DNA of 64,000 bases from the NCBI RefSeq assembly GCF_030144855.1, contig NC_082707.1, positions 122,946,001-123,010,000 on the forward strand. Direction: 5' to 3'. The notes under the pieces were generated by a model, which was not told where the DNA came from, ran no database searches, and saw nothing but the letters and a program-made list of their open reading frames with translations. The stretch is from Hypanus sabinus (Eukaryota). Numbering within the stretch: position 1 is the stretch's first letter; the number at the start of each line of letters is the position of its first letter. Of the stretch, positions 24,611 through 38,716 are shown piece after piece. The translations under genes and the position numbers were made by a program.

Positions 24611-26649
24611 TATACAATGTAGACAAGCATAGCATTCTGATCTAAAGATTTAATTGCTGTGGAGGGTTTCTTAATCATGTGGGTTAACCTTTCCTGACAA
24701 GGTGGGGGGGAGGGGGCGTCACTCTACTTAACAGGTGAGACTTGTGACTGAAATAATTTCAGTTCTGGGGCCTTCTCCATGGTTGTTGTAGGAGTTGACT
24801 CTGAGACTGTAGGAAGTGGTTCTCACAGCTCTGGACATCTTTATTCTCTAACAATTAACTCTGTTTTCCTCATCTGATTATTGTGTTGTCTCCAAATAGC
24901 ATCAGATGCAATATCCATTGTGCAGGAGAGTGGTCCAGTTCTGTCTTTAATCTTTTCAAGTATCCACTTTTAATCACCTCTGCCGTCCCTCACCGGGACT
25001 GGAAGTCCAGAAGTGAAACAGCAAAGCTTCTTGTTTGAGGAGACTCACTACGTCTGAGGTGTTTGCCCTGCATACTCCTTCTGAGGCTGAGTTTGAGGAG
25101 ATCCAAGCATGAGTGCAAGGGACAACACAGGAATAACATAATTGGTGAGATGTTGGTTGTGGTGTTTGCTACACTGTGATATGCAAGGAGGAAACTGGCT
25201 AGCTTCTGATTCAGTGTCAGTGTGGTTTGCTCTGCTGACATTGTTTGCAGTTCATTCTTTAGACCCTGAACAAAGCTTCCCGTCAAGCCATTTGTGGCTG
25301 GGTGGTACATTTCATTTATTTTCAGGAAACACTGAAACAAACTGTGGTCCACCGTCATTGACTAAGTGCACTGGAGTTTCTGTCCACTGTGCAAGGTTGT
25401 AGTGGAGGTTATTGGGAACACTTCTGACCACTTTGTAGCTGCATCCACTACTACCAATAAACTTGTGCTCAAGAATGATTTGGCAAGATCCATATGAACC
25501 CTCTTCAAGGACAATGCAGACCATTCCCAAGGATGGAGAGGCACAGCTTTTGGCTTCTTCTGAATGTGTTGGCATCCCGAACAGTGCATGGCAAACTGCT
25601 TGATCTGCTGATCTATCCCAGGCCATGAGACAAAGCTTCGAACCAATGCTTTAATTTTGACTATACCTGGATGACCGACATGTAGCTCCTCCAACACTTT
25701 GGCTCTCAGCTTGGATGATCCAACAACTCTCAATCCCCACATAAGACAACCTCCAATAAGGGCAAAGCTCAAGGCTAGCTTGAGTGGAGCAGTCAAACTT
25801 CTAAGCAAACTGTATGCTTTTCCACCTATTGCACTTGGTAACACTGGCACTCGCTTTTCCTTGGTTATTTCAGTTACTTCAAAATACTGCTCCATTTGTT
25901 CAGTGCACATCATTCAGTTATCAGCTATGCAATTGAACACCTCTATCTCTCTGATGTAGCCAGCCATTTTGGCTTTTTAAAAAATTTATTATTATTGTTA
26001 CCCAGAACTCACTGTTTATGAACCTATAAATTTCTTCTGTTCTCTACCAGTTTTAACTCAACCGCTCTCTCTCCTTCTGAAGAAACGTATGCTGCACTTT
26101 TTTAAACTCAAATGTCCCTTTCAAAGAAAAAAATTGCTGCGCTTTAACAGATAGGTAGTTGGCTCAGGTGCATTTTAAAACTACCTTAGTTATTCCAGAA
26201 ACTAAACAAAAGAAAAACACAGGAGCCAGGATATATTTTGTCTACTTCATTTTTTCTTTTATTGAGGTGCTTACATATGACCTGATCGTGTAATGACATT
26301 AGCCATTTACATACTTCTTGCATATAACCCTTAATGATCATGTAAGCAAAGAATACTTAGTCAAACAATATATTTACAATAGTACTCAAACATTTCTGAA
26401 ATATTAAATACACTCTAGGTACAGGCTTAGATCATGCCTTTGAGTGAGATTGTTAAGATGGTCCTATTGTCAGATGATTGGTTGATGTAAAGGGTGGGAT
26501 GGTAGGCATGCATGCAGGGGTGCTGGAGATCATTGCAGTTACTTTGTCAAGGGAAAGAATTCTTGCTCCTTAGCAATCAGGAACAATTGGGAGACACTCA
26601 GCCATTACAACCACAGCTCCTTGCCTTTATTAAATTAGAAGAATAAGTC

Positions 26650-27140
26650 AAAATTCGTAAGCAGAGTTTATTGTCCATGAAAAACCTACTTGCAACAGCA
26701 TTGTAGGTCAGCACATAGCATCATGTCAGCAGCATTTGCAAGGAAAAGCCCATAAGTCAAACATATACATAATTTTTACAAGAAAGAACATGTTTAGAAC
26801 AAAATTTAAAAAAATACAAGAACTATTTTAGTACAAAGTGATCAACGTACACATGGTGTTGTAATACCAAGCTAGCAATTAGAGTTGCATTGCGTTAGTT
26901 CAAGAACTGAATGACTGAAGGGAAGTAGCCTTTCTTGAAACTAGTTGTGTGAGACTTCAGATTTCTGGATCTCCTACCTGATGAAGACTGCATGGCCTGG
27001 ATCTTCAATGATGGATTTACCCTATGTAGTTGCTGCTGATATTAAGACCTGTGCCTATGATGTACTGCACTGAGTCCACTACACTCTGCAGCTTCTTGCA
27101 TTCCTGCACATTCAAACTGCACACTGGACTATGATGCACA
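26650..27140 (-). mobile_element. Degenerate Rex1/Babar-like 3' fragment
   Basis: gttcaagaactgaatgactgaagggaagtagcctttcttgaa resembles the reverse complement of other Rex 3' ends here. Confidence 0.5.
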
Positions 27141-27459
27141 ACAGAATCTCATTAAAAAGAGATGTTCCTGGTCTTCACAATGCAAGTAGTTGGTTTGATG
27201 GTGAACAGTTTGGGGCGAGGGGGGGGGTGGTTTAAGATTTTCTTTACCATTGTGGAGGAGTGTGTAAATTAATCCAAACGTCTCTTAACCAAAGCTAAGG
27301 AAAATTAGCTTTGTGGCTTTATTGTTACACTCACTCATTTCTTCCTTTATTTTGCTCCTCTTCTCTCCTTACCAAAAGGCATTGACTCAGCACTTTCACA
27401 CCATTAGTGCCTACACAGTGCACTGCCCTTCATGTAGTGATCTAACTTCTAGAATCATT

Positions 27460-29400
27460 TAATAGAGTCAAAGAACACTACCGCACAGAAACAGGCCCTT
27501 TGGCCCATCTAGTCTGTACCAGAATAGTAATTTGCCTAATCCCATTGACCTGCACTCAGACCATAGCCTTCCATACCCTTTTCATCCTGTATCTTTCATC
27601 CCCCCCCCCCCCCCATTTCGGCTCTGTGCGTGGATGAGAACTCTGATCTTTCAGAGGACACATCTTGTTCCTTTCTATCCTTTTATTCTTAATAAATCTG
27701 TAGAAGCCCTTGGGATTTTCCTTCACCTTGTCTGCTAGACCAACCTAATATCTTTATTAAACCCTTCTGATTTCCTTCTTGCATTTCTTATAATTCCTCA
27801 ATCGCAGGACTCTGCAGAGAGTGATGTGGACAACCCTACGCACCTATAGATGTGAACTTCCCACTATTCAGGGCATTTGCAAAGACAGGCAAGTAAAAAG
27901 GGCCTGAAGGATCATTGGGGACCCAATCACCCCAACCACAAACTGTTCCAGCTTCTACCATCTGGGAAATGGTACTGCAGCATAAAAGCCAGGGTCAACA
28001 GGCTCCATGACAGCTTCTTCCACCAGACCATCAGACTGCTTAAGTCATGCTGACACAATTGTATCATTGTACATTTAGTTGGAGATGTAATGCAAAGATT
28101 TTTACTCCTCATGTATACAAAGGATGCACGTAATAAAGTCAATTCAATCCAGGTACTGTACCTCATTTGTTCCTTCCTGCCTATACCTGCTATTCACCTC
28201 CTTCTTCTTAATCAGAGCCTCAATATATCTCAAAAACCAGGATTCCCTGAACCTGTTATCCTTGCCTTTTATTTTGACAAGAACATACAAAATGTGTACT
28301 CTCAAAATGTCACTTTTGAAGGGCACTAATTTACCAATCTGTCTCAATCTACACTTGCCACATCCTTTCTGATACCATCAAAATTGGCCTTTCTCCAACT
28401 TAGAATCTCAACCCAAGAACTAGACCTATCTTTCTCTGTAATTATCTTGAAATTAGTGGCATTATAATCATTAAATGCAAAGTGTCCCCCACACAAACTT
28501 TGGTCACCTGCCCTGTCTCATTCCCTAATAGGAGATTTAGTATCTCACTCTCTCTAGTTGGGACTTCTGCATACTGATTACAGAAACTTTCCTGAAACAC
28601 ATTTGACAAATTCTTCCTATCCATCCCTTTTACAGTATGGGAATCCCAGTCAATATGTAGAAAGTTAAAATCACCTACTGTCATAAACCTTGTAGAATGT
28701 TTCTTGCTACATTCTGTGATCTCTCTGCAAATTTGCTCCTCTAAATCCCGCTCACTGTAGGGTGGTCTGTAATATAGCCCCATTAACATTCCACTCATAT
28801 AGCCTCAGTAGTCAAGCTCTCCAGTCTGACGTGTCTGAGCGCTGCCGTGACTTTTTCTCTGACTAGTAATGCCACCCCTTCACTAATAGCTTCCACTCTA
28901 TCATGTCTAAAATTACAGAACTCTGCAACATTGAGCTGCCAGTCCTGCCCCTCCTGGAATTCAGTCTCACTCATGGCTACAATGTCATAAATTATGTGCT
29001 GTGCTGATCTATGTGTTAGGTTCATCTGCCTTTCCCACAAATATCCTTGCATTAAAATATATACAACTCAGAACATTAGTCCCACCATATTCAACATTTT
29101 AATTCCAGACTTTGCAGACTTTCCCCAAAACTACTACACTATCTGCTCTTGCACTTTGATTTCCACCCCTCTGCAACTCTAGCTTAACACCCCCCCCACC
29201 CCACCTCCCCTGGGTGCAGCATGATCTAATCTTATGCAAGGATATTACTTCCCCTCCAGTTCAGGGCAATCCATTCCATTTGTACAGGTTCCACCTTCTC
29301 TGGAAAACAGCCCAAAGATCCCAATATCTGAAGCCCTGCCTCCTGCATCAGCACCTTAGCCACATGTTAAATTGTATGATCTTCTTATTTCTGGCCTCAC
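27460..29400 (-). mobile_element. Deleted CR1 (EN domain + 3' end) with nested Rex1-like 3' fragment (~27800-28150, plus)
   Basis: YDIVAMSET, GLYYRPP, VGDFNF, PTRESEILNLLLGN endonuclease motifs. Confidence 0.8.
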
Positions 29401-29747
29401 CAGCGCTTCTTTTAAATTAATTGACAATGTGCAGGCCCCACTGGCAAAACAAACTATTGCCCATCTCTGTTGCCATTGAGAAGACTGTGGTGGCCTACCT
29501 TCTTAATCCATTGTGGGTCTGATAAATTGAGTGAATTACTGGGTAACTACAGGGAGAGTTAGAAGTCAACCACAACAGTGGAACTCTACTGCTCTGGGAC
29601 ATAGAAGGAATATTATCTCCACACCCCATCTGCCCAGTTCTCACTATAAGGGGCAATTGTCTGATGACTCAGATTCGAAAACCGGAACGTGTTTTCATTA
29701 AAATTCACAAAAGAAAAAACATCTGAAGTGGGACTCAGCACATGATA

Positions 29748-32700
29748 CAAAGGTTCAAAGTTTCATTTATAATCAAAAATATGTAGTGTACAACTCTAAG
29801 ATTTTTTTCTTCTCCAGGTAGCCACAAAACAAAGAAAACCATGGAAGTCCAGTCAAAGAGAAACAACAAACCCACCCCGCCCTGCAGAAAAATAGAATGG
29901 CAACACAATCATCAACCCCAGCCCGCACAAAACACGACAAGAACATCAACCCCCAAATCCATCTCCCTCGCACAAAATATGAACAAAAACACAGCAAAAA
30001 CTTCAACCCCCTAAACTCACCTCCCATGCACAAAAAGACAATGGGCAAAAACACAGAATATAAAAACCGTAAGATTGATGTGAGCCTCATGTTCAGCCAG
30101 CCTACATAAGAAAGCCTCCGGCCTGGCCAAACTGAGAAACCTCTGTGTGGATGCTGCTTGATCTGTTGCCCGGTTACAAATCTGCACCACAAAATATCAG
30201 ACAGTACACTGTACACCACAATTAAATGATTGAGCTTTATAAATCTTAGTCTGTCTGTAGGGTTAGTAAAGAAAATAAAAAGAAAAAGGCCCATTTTAAT
30301 GAAACAGTCTAAAGTGCACGTTGGAGCTCATGGAATCATCCATTCGACCCCATCGACCTCCTCCGAGCGTCGCTGACCATCGGACCGAGTCCACTCCGTC
30401 CAGCGGTCTACCAACTCTTTCCATTTGCATCTTCTCTCTTCATCTCTCGCTGACAAAAGACCACCAAATCCCTGCTCCCAGACTCACAAGTAAGTACAAC
30501 ACGCCTCTCATTGGCTAGCATACATCCCAAAGCTGCGTTTATCTCTAGTCATAACCCAAACATTGCTGCTACAGAGAAACCATTACATTAACAGTGAAAC
30601 ATTACACAGACGCCATTACATTAACAGTGAAACCTTACAGCGTGTTACACTCTCCCCCCACCAGATTTAGTCATGTCCTCATGACGTTGAGATAATTCGC
30701 CAACCCTTCCTGCAAAGCACAAAGTCCAATCCATATGTAAAAGGCAGTGACATAGCTCCCCAAAACAGTAGGGATCACACTCTGTTCCCCCGGTGCTACA
30801 CAGGCCAGCCTATCTGGTGGTCTCCTAATTCTCTGAGACCTCCGCACCCCCCATCTAACTCTTTGTGTTCAGACACTACTGGGTCTACCTGGCGAGGCCT
30901 CACCCAATCTATCACTTGTGCCCACCTGCAACTCGGACCCCTCTGTCCCTTGGCCAAGCTCCGCTTCATCCCCTGCAGGGTCCTGTTGCAACTCAGGGTG
31001 TCCACAGATAGTTCCCCCGCCCCCACCACTACTTCACTTGACTCAGCAGGAGAAGGGCTGGGAGTCTCTTCCTCAATCAATGGGGAGTTAGCAAAAGGCA
31101 GCATATGCCACACATCCAGGTCATCATCTGAATCAGTATCCCTCTCAGGGTAGGGGCTGGCCTAACCTGTCCTGCTGTGGGCCCTTCAGTCACTCCGCAT
31201 TTCCGCAGAGTCCTCTTACTCGGTGTAGGCTCCAAGTCGAGCTCTGGGTCTCCCTGCACCTCTTGTCCCTGGGAAGCAGGTGGTTCCAATGGAGAACCTT
31301 GACAGGCCCATTCCCATCCTCTGGTTTCACCCAGAAAACTGGTAGGTTTGGCATTTGACTCTCCACCACATCGGGCTTTGCTGCCCAGCAGTCCACCAAT
31401 TTATGTTTTCCAAGTAGCCCCAAGTTCCTTATGAAGTCCGGTCTTCCCGGTAGGAGTTGGGGGAAACTCACCTTTGGATCATACCACCTCTTATTTCCTT
31501 GATTCTGCATGGCAGCCACGACCCCAGCTAATTCAGCTCTCTTCTCACGTCAGACCCATACTTCAGATAAGTCGGTGGTAAGTCACCCTCGTCAGTCCCA
31601 AAACAAAGGTCAATCGGCAACCTCGCCTAGTGCCCAAACATGAGGTTATATAGCGAGTGCCCAGTAGCTTCATTTCGAGTACAGTTGTAACTGAACCAGA
31701 TGTCCAGTATGTTGACTCCACCTGCTCTTCTTGCTGATCTCCAGGGTCCGGAGCATGTCTAGAAAGGCCCGATTAAACCTCTTCAGCTGGGGACCACCCT
31801 GCAGGTGATAGGACGTGGTCCTCGACTTCTCGACTCCAAGTCTGCTCTCAAAATCCCGTCTCTGATCATTATGTATCTGTCTGGGAAGGCCATAATAAAT
31901 GAAATACTTCTCCCACAACACTTTGACCACTGTGGACACCCTCTGGTCCTTGGTAGGAAAAGCCTGAGCGTATCTGGTGTAGTGGTCCATGATGACTAAG
32001 ACATTCGCCGTGTTGCTGGCATCGGGTTCTATTGACAGAAACTCATGCACACCAGGTCCAGATGCCCCACACTCTGCAAGTGGGACAGGGGAGCTGCCCG
32101 TGTAGGCAGTATCTTCCGCCGTATGCATCGAATGCACGACTTGCAGTATTCTTCAACCTCCGACTTCATTCAGGGCCAGTAAAACCTGCCTCTGAGCAAT
32201 CCATCGGTCTTTTCCACCCCAAATGCCCAGAATCATCATGAAGTGACTTCAACACGATCCTCCGATACTTCTCCAGCAGAACCAGCTGGCACTGCTGAGG
32301 TCAGTCTGGGGGTGATATGACCTGGTATAAGATCTGGTTCCGCAACTCTCAGTAGTGGGGGCACCGATGCGTGTTTTGACTTCCCTGTCTGAACCATGTC
32401 TGAACCATGTCTTCCTTTTCGACTGCTGACCAAATGGTACCGATGCCCGGATCATCTCGCTGAGCAGCTGCTACTTCCCCAGCACTCAATCCCGGCAGCT
32501 GATTTGTCTTCAGAGCAGTCAGATTACAGTAAACTTGGGGAATGGCATCATCAGAAGCCTCCAATTGATCCACCTGTCGATCCTGCCCCTCCTTTCCCTC
32601 TGCCCTCACGGTGATGGCAAACTGACACATGGCCTTCACCCCTGGGGCAGGACTGTTCTCCCACTGTTCGTTCCCATCCAGACCCTCATGCGCCCTTTGG

Positions 32701-35500
32701 AACAAAGCATCTACATCAACATTCTGGCTCCCCGGCCAGTACTTCAGGCTGAAATCATAGGCAGACAACGCTGCCAATCACCAATGGCCTGTGGCATCCA
32801 GTTTCGCTGAGGTCAGTATATAAGTTAGGGGGCTGTTGTCTATTCTCACCTCAAACTTGGCTCCATAGAGGTAGTCACACAGCTTATCCACCACCACCTA
32901 TTTCAACGCTAGAAATTCCAACTTGTGCGTGGGATAGAGTTTCTTGGAGGGCGACAGACTCTGGCTGACAGACGCAATGAGTCTCAGTCCGGTGCCCTGA
33001 TCCTGATACAGGACACCCACTAAACCCTCTTGGTGGGCATCCAAGTGCAGTACAGAATTGAAATGCCACCCTTCTCAACAGGGTCCGGACAAACCAGCAC
33101 TATTGCATCAAGGACCTCAGCCACTCCCACATCGGCCTCCGAGAACTCCAACTTCACTGACAAGTATTCGTCCAATGGATAATCACAGGCACTAAGCCCC
33201 CAGATCTCCACTGCCCTGAATGGTGTCAATGGTAAATACCTCAGATACTGTTATAAATGGAAAGGTACAACAATGTGACCTGGCACCCATTAATACCCTC
33301 TATTCATAGTGACACCCTGCAGCATGGTCCCACTAAGCCTTCAGAAATAGGGCCTTTTGCTTTTGGAGGTTTCTTAGTACATTGCTGGGAACGTGCTCCC
33401 CCAGAGACACCAGGCCCTTCCCTCACTAGATCTCCTCTAAGTTTTCCCAACGACTCTCTCTGCTGAGGTGCCCAGCACTCACTCTCCTTCTGGCGTGACA
33501 CTTGCTACAAGCAGCCCTTCACATTGTTCGTCTCCTTGGGGAATCCGCTCCCCCCATCAGCTCCATCATATGGGGGGGGGGGGGTCACACTTAACAGCCG
33601 AGACATCTCAGTTCTCAACTCTGTCACAATCTCCTCCATTGCCCCCCAGGTAAGGCTACCCGTGGTCACATCACCACAAGGGGCTACTACTGAGGACTGT
33701 ACCCCGCTGACAGAGCCCTCCCATGCCTCCGATGCGTCCTCCTTCTCCCGTACTTCTCTGATCAGCTCGACAAAAGAGGGAGGGGGGGTCACATCTTACG
33801 AGACCGTCAGAGACCTCAAGTAATCAGGTCCTGGGACTGGACGCCCCTGGCTATCTGGTCCATTCTTAACTGATCCACCTCAGCCACCTGAATGACCCCT
33901 CTGCACTGCAAGCAATTTAGCTGCCTCTCTAGCCGAAAAATGTAGGCGGAAAGCTTCTCCCCCTTCTCCTGACACATGTTGTGAAACCCCACCGTGAGCT
34001 CCAGTGGGCTTCCTGTTGTACCAAAGCTCCCGGATGCTCCCAGGTAATCGGCGATGTTAGCTAAGGGTTGGCGTGTTTTCACAGCTCTCACCACATCAGC
34101 GGCCCGCCCACTCGAACTCTCAACCAATCTCTGTCTCCTTACATCATCAGGGAACTGCCACTCATCTAACAACTGACCGGTCTGATCCACCCAAGTCGCT
34201 TACTCCTCTTCCCCTTTAGGGGTGGGCGTTATCCCAAAGAATAGGCAGAGCCCACCATAGCAGGGACTTCGAACCTGGGCATTTTTCCATTTATTCGCCA
34301 GGGAGGTAGGATGGATACTAACTCAGAATTCTCACTTTTCACTGGGGGGACGGGGACTAATTAGACATTCCAAATCCGACCACTCCTCCCCCTCACTCCT
34401 CAGAAACGATAGAACCCTGCCTTTGATGTCTTCACCCCCAGCTACGGGAAGCTCGACTTGTGACTCAGGCCACTCTGTACATTCTCCTTCTCCTGACAGT
34501 ATGGACAGGCCATGGTTCTGCCTCACCTGCGGCACCGATAGAAGTGGGCAGTTCAACCCCCGTTACAACAGCGCTAGTCTGAACTAAAACAAGGTCTGAA
34601 CCCGCCATTTTATCAAATCTCTGTGCTACAACCGCAACTTTGTCAACACCTTTAACCGTACTCAAAAATCAAATTAACAATTCATCCGGGGTATGAATAT
34701 CCACCCCACTCAACACACACACATTAGTTACCAGTAACTCCATGGAGGCACACCAGCACTCCACCCCGGCAGCATCGATACCAGCACAGACTTAAACACA
34801 CAACCCACTGGTTCAGTGCTCAGGGCAATCACACAGCACCCAATGGAATCAATCCCGGAGCGATACCCCCACAATTGAGGATACCCCCACCTGAGGTTCA
34901 GCCAGCCTATGGTTGTAAGACAGCCTCTGGCCCAACCAAACTGAGAAATCTCGTTTGTGTGGATGCTGCGTGATGGTTACAAATCCAAACGCAAAATCTC
35001 AGACAATCCACCGTATGCAATTAAATGACTGAACTTTATAAATCTTAATCTGACTGTAGGGTTAGTAAAGAAAATAAAAAGGAAAAAGGCCCATTTTATG
35101 AAACACTCTAAAGTGCAAGTTGGAGATCACTGAATTGTCCATTTGACCCCCATTGACCTCCTCCAAGTGTCACTGACCATCGGACTCTTGGTCTGAGTCC
35201 ACTCCGCCCAGCGGTCTACCAACTCTTTCCATTCACGTCTTTTCTCTTCATCTCTTGTTGACAAAAGACTGTGAAATCCCTGCTCCTAGACCCTCAAGAA
35301 AAGAGAACATGCCTCTTATTGGCTAGCATACCTCCAAAAGGCCCCGTTATCTTGAGTTGTAACCCAAACATTGCTGCTACAGAGAAACATTATAGAGAGG
35401 TCGTTACATTAGCAGTGAAACCTTACAGCTCCTTACACTGAAAAAGTCCATAGACTAAATCCATAAATTCAAAACCTCAGTAAAAACCTCCAACATCATC
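29748..35500 (-). mobile_element. Non-coding retroposon 3' fragment hosting the Gypsy insertion (own sequence 29748-30078 and 35438-~35500)
   Basis: Homologous in reverse to 47380-47674; the halves rejoin as aagattga-aaaagtccatag. Confidence 0.65.
30079..35437 (-). mobile_element. Gypsy LTR retrotransposon with PNMA-like gag, RT deleted (3' LTR 30079-30649, 5' LTR ~34880-35437)
   Basis: TG..CA LTRs; PPT ggtggggggagag at 30650-30662; tRNA-Pro-like PBS at ~34852-34871; TSD ttga/ctga; capsid RRQRLVESSSGRAADVV...QEKGEKLSAYIFRLE; RNase H YPTHKLEFLALK; integrase MDHYTRYAQAFP. Confidence 0.93.
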
Positions 35501-35669
35501 AAAAGATGACTACCCATTTTGTATTAATACACCTGAGGGCAGCACAGAGGAAGGGATAAGAGGACAGGAAACAGCCAACCTCCTAATACCCATTCATTAC
35601 CCTCACGCCAAAGCAATTTTGTACCTACTTTCCCTTCCACTCCCATTTTCCTGTGGTCCAGCTCAGATC

Positions 35670-36272
35670 ATCTATAGATGCACAGTGGAAAGTTTCGTGA
35701 CTGCTTGTATTATGGCCTGGGATGGAAGCACTAATGCTGCTGAATTCAAAAGTTAACAAAATTAGAGGAGACAGCCAAGTCCATGACAGGCAAAGCCCTC
35801 CCCATCATTGAGCACATCTACAAGCGGCGCTGACACAAGAAGGCAGCATCCATCATCAAAGACCACCCACCGTCCAGGTCATGGTCTCTCCTGACTGCTG
35901 CCATTGGGAGAAGGTACAGGAGCCTCCGGTCCCACACTATTAAGTTCAGAAACAGTTGTTGCCCTACAACCATCAGGCTCCTGAGCCAGACGGGATAACT
36001 TCACTCACCTCAGCTCTGAACTGATTCTACATCCTGTGGACAGACTTTCAAGGACTTTTCACTGTTGCTTATTTGCTTATTTATTGTTATTATTTGCATA
36101 GTTTGTCTTCTTTTGCACATCGGTTGCTTGTCATTCTTTGTGTGTCGTTTTTCATTGACTCTATTGTATTTCTGTGTTCTATGATTTCCTGCAAGAAAAT
36201 GGATCTCAATATAGTATATGGTGACATATACAATACATACTTTAATAATATATTACCTTCAACTTTGAACTT
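35670..36272 (+). mobile_element. Rex1/Babar-like 3' fragment
   Basis: ESFVTACIMAWDG, KKAASIIKD, LPLGRRYRSL motifs; ttcaactttgaacttt tail. Confidence 0.75.
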
Positions 36273-36899
36273 TGTCTATTTGTTCAACCTCCACAAGGGA
36301 AGATCAAAGAACAAGCATTCAGGATTAATAGAAACTGTCAATCAAAGACAAATTGTGCTTTCAGGGCGACCTTTCAGGTGAAAAGCTGTCAATCAACACC
36401 AATGTCAAAATTATTCACGTCATGACACAAATTAAAGTAACTACTGATCACTCTGCCTGAGACCTGTCACATTGAGGTCACGCCTTGATGAAGCTGATGA
36501 CTGAGTGAAGTTGAAAGCTTGGAGCTCCAGCACAATTTTGTAGGAATGTTAATATATGTCAAATCCAGCAGTTCCAAGTCATGCACACATCCTCAATAAA
36601 TTAACTTCATTGTAGAATATAAATGTCCCTTCAAACATTGTGCTATTTGAATGGGTATGAGTCAAAGTTGTCAGGAGACATGCACAAGTGCTATTGTGGT
36701 GTAATGGGTTGTGTTGCTGTCTCATTACTCCAGCCATCTGGGTGTGATTGTGACTTCTGCTGCTCTGTTTGGCATTTCAACATTCATTCTCTGTGTAACC
36801 ACATAATTTTCTCCAGTGCTCTGGTTTCCTTCATGCTTTCATCATGGTCTAGTACAACATTTTGAATATGCAGAAATGCAAGAAATTACATTACAGAAA

Positions 36900-37345
36900 A
36901 CAGACATATCCCTTCCTCAACTTCGGTGGTACCTACATGAGGCACTGCTTCAAGAAAGCAGTATCTAACATCAACGATTCACAATATCCAGTCGATTCCA
37001 TCTTCTCACAGCTACTATCAGGCAGGAGGTACAGAAGCCTGCAGTCCCACACGCCAGGTTCACAAACAACTAGTTCCCTCCGACCATTCACTTTTTGAAC
37101 TAAATGACACAACCCTAATTATTATCTCACTACAGCAACATTTTGAACACTTTACACTACAATTCACTTGTTTTTGTTCTAATTGTGTTCTTTCCTGTTA
37201 ACAATTGTGTAGCATTTCTGTATAATTCATGTTTTTCTTGTGAATTCTGTTTATATGATACTATGTGCCTGTGATGATGAGGCAAGTAGGTTTTCATTGC
37301 ACCTGTGCATACATGTGCTTGTGCGCATGACAATAAAGTAGTATT
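36900..37345 (+). mobile_element. Rex1/Babar-like 3' fragment
   Basis: KKAVSNIND...FSQLLSGRRYRSL. Confidence 0.7.
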
Positions 37346-37794
37346 TGACTATGACTTTAATGTTCCAAAGACATGTTGGTTAATTATTCCCTGTAAATTA
37401 ACCTGAGTATAAGTTTGTGGTGGGAGTTTAAATGGGAATTGGGCATGTGAAAGAAAGAAAATAAACGATGGAAATACATACAGAAATAGGACTGAGGACA
37501 TTGCTGTAAGAGCCAGCATTAACTCAGTGGGCTGAATAGCCTTCACCAATAGTAGAAGGAAAAAATAGAAATATATAATAGTCCTTTGCAATGTCTTGAT
37601 TAGTGACTCAATGATAAACATAAAAAATAGTGGTTAATTTGAAAAGGCTAGATGCTTAAATTATGTAGATGTGGAATGTAAAAGCAAACTTGCAGAATCT
37701 GGAAGCCTGAAAATTAAAATAGAAACAGAAAATGCCATTTTTTGCAGAGAGAGAAACACAGTTAATACTTCAGAACAATGACCTTTCTTCGGAA

Positions 37795-38716
37795 TGTTAT
37801 GAGTGATGGACAGACCTGATGGAAATGGGATGCAGGGTTAACCATTCCCCAACACCCTCTCTCCTGAGAACTATGAACTATTGCTATTGCTATGCTGCTA
37901 ATGAGAGAGAGAGATGAAGCACAGAAGCAGGAACATCTGCTACAAATAAGAGGGAGAGAGAGACTGTTGTTTTATTGTATTTTGACTCTTCCTGGATTAT
38001 TTACCTTTCACTACAAGGACTTTACTTTTCTCGTTAACATTCCTCAGGAGACAGCAGGAGTGACCTGATTTGATGGACACAGTCATTTAGAGTTGATGGA
38101 TGGATGAGATCCCGTTACTAGGGATAAAAGACAGGTCTGGGGAAACACCCCTGAGACACACCAGTGGACACTGACTGAGTGTTGTGAACCCACAAGAAAG
38201 GTGGGGGGCTTCGGAGACCGAATCAGGAGATCGGTCAATAAAGCTCACAGTGTGACAGCAGGGCCAGTGGGGCCTTGTGTGTGTGTCCACTCATGCCAGA
38301 GTGACGAGTCCACCACAGAAGAACAGATGGGTCATAGCTGAATGACCACAATGATACGATGGAATAAGAAAGCAACAGAAGGTTTGCCTGCTGCAGCTGT
38401 TACATCTTGCTTGTTCTCTCTCTCCAACAATTACAACACAACAACCATAACTACCTCAGCATGCATGAACTGAACTTTATACTTTTCTATGACAATTCAT
38501 TTACCCCTAGACATCGATAGAGCATGTTTATTATTGCTTATTATTATTCCTACACTTTTAGGCTTATTACTGCTAACTTGCTTTATATGTATATTTGCAT
38601 TTTTGATATTGTATCGTGTAGTTTACTAATAAACACCTTTAGTTTTGGTACCACCAGACTCCAACAGATACTTCTATCTTTGCTGGTCTGACACCCAGTA
38701 AGAGGAAGTGGGCACA
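37795..38716 (+). mobile_element. Probable solo LTR (~920 bp)
   Basis: Starts tgttatga; AATAAA at ~38627; interrupts an old PLE-type end; right boundary and TSD unclear. Confidence 0.55.

Larger units (their letters stand above)
22448..26417 (-). mobile_element. Internally deleted Gypsy LTR retrotransposon (LTRs ~22448-22686 and ~26190-26417)
   Basis: Direct repeats tccagaaactaa...caaacaata; PPT gcagggaggag beside the left LTR; gag EQMEQYFE...AIGGKAYSLLRSL; integrase LHVGHPGIVKIKALVRSFVSWPGID, CSGC, HPATNG; possible TSD agtac/ggtac. Confidence 0.88.
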
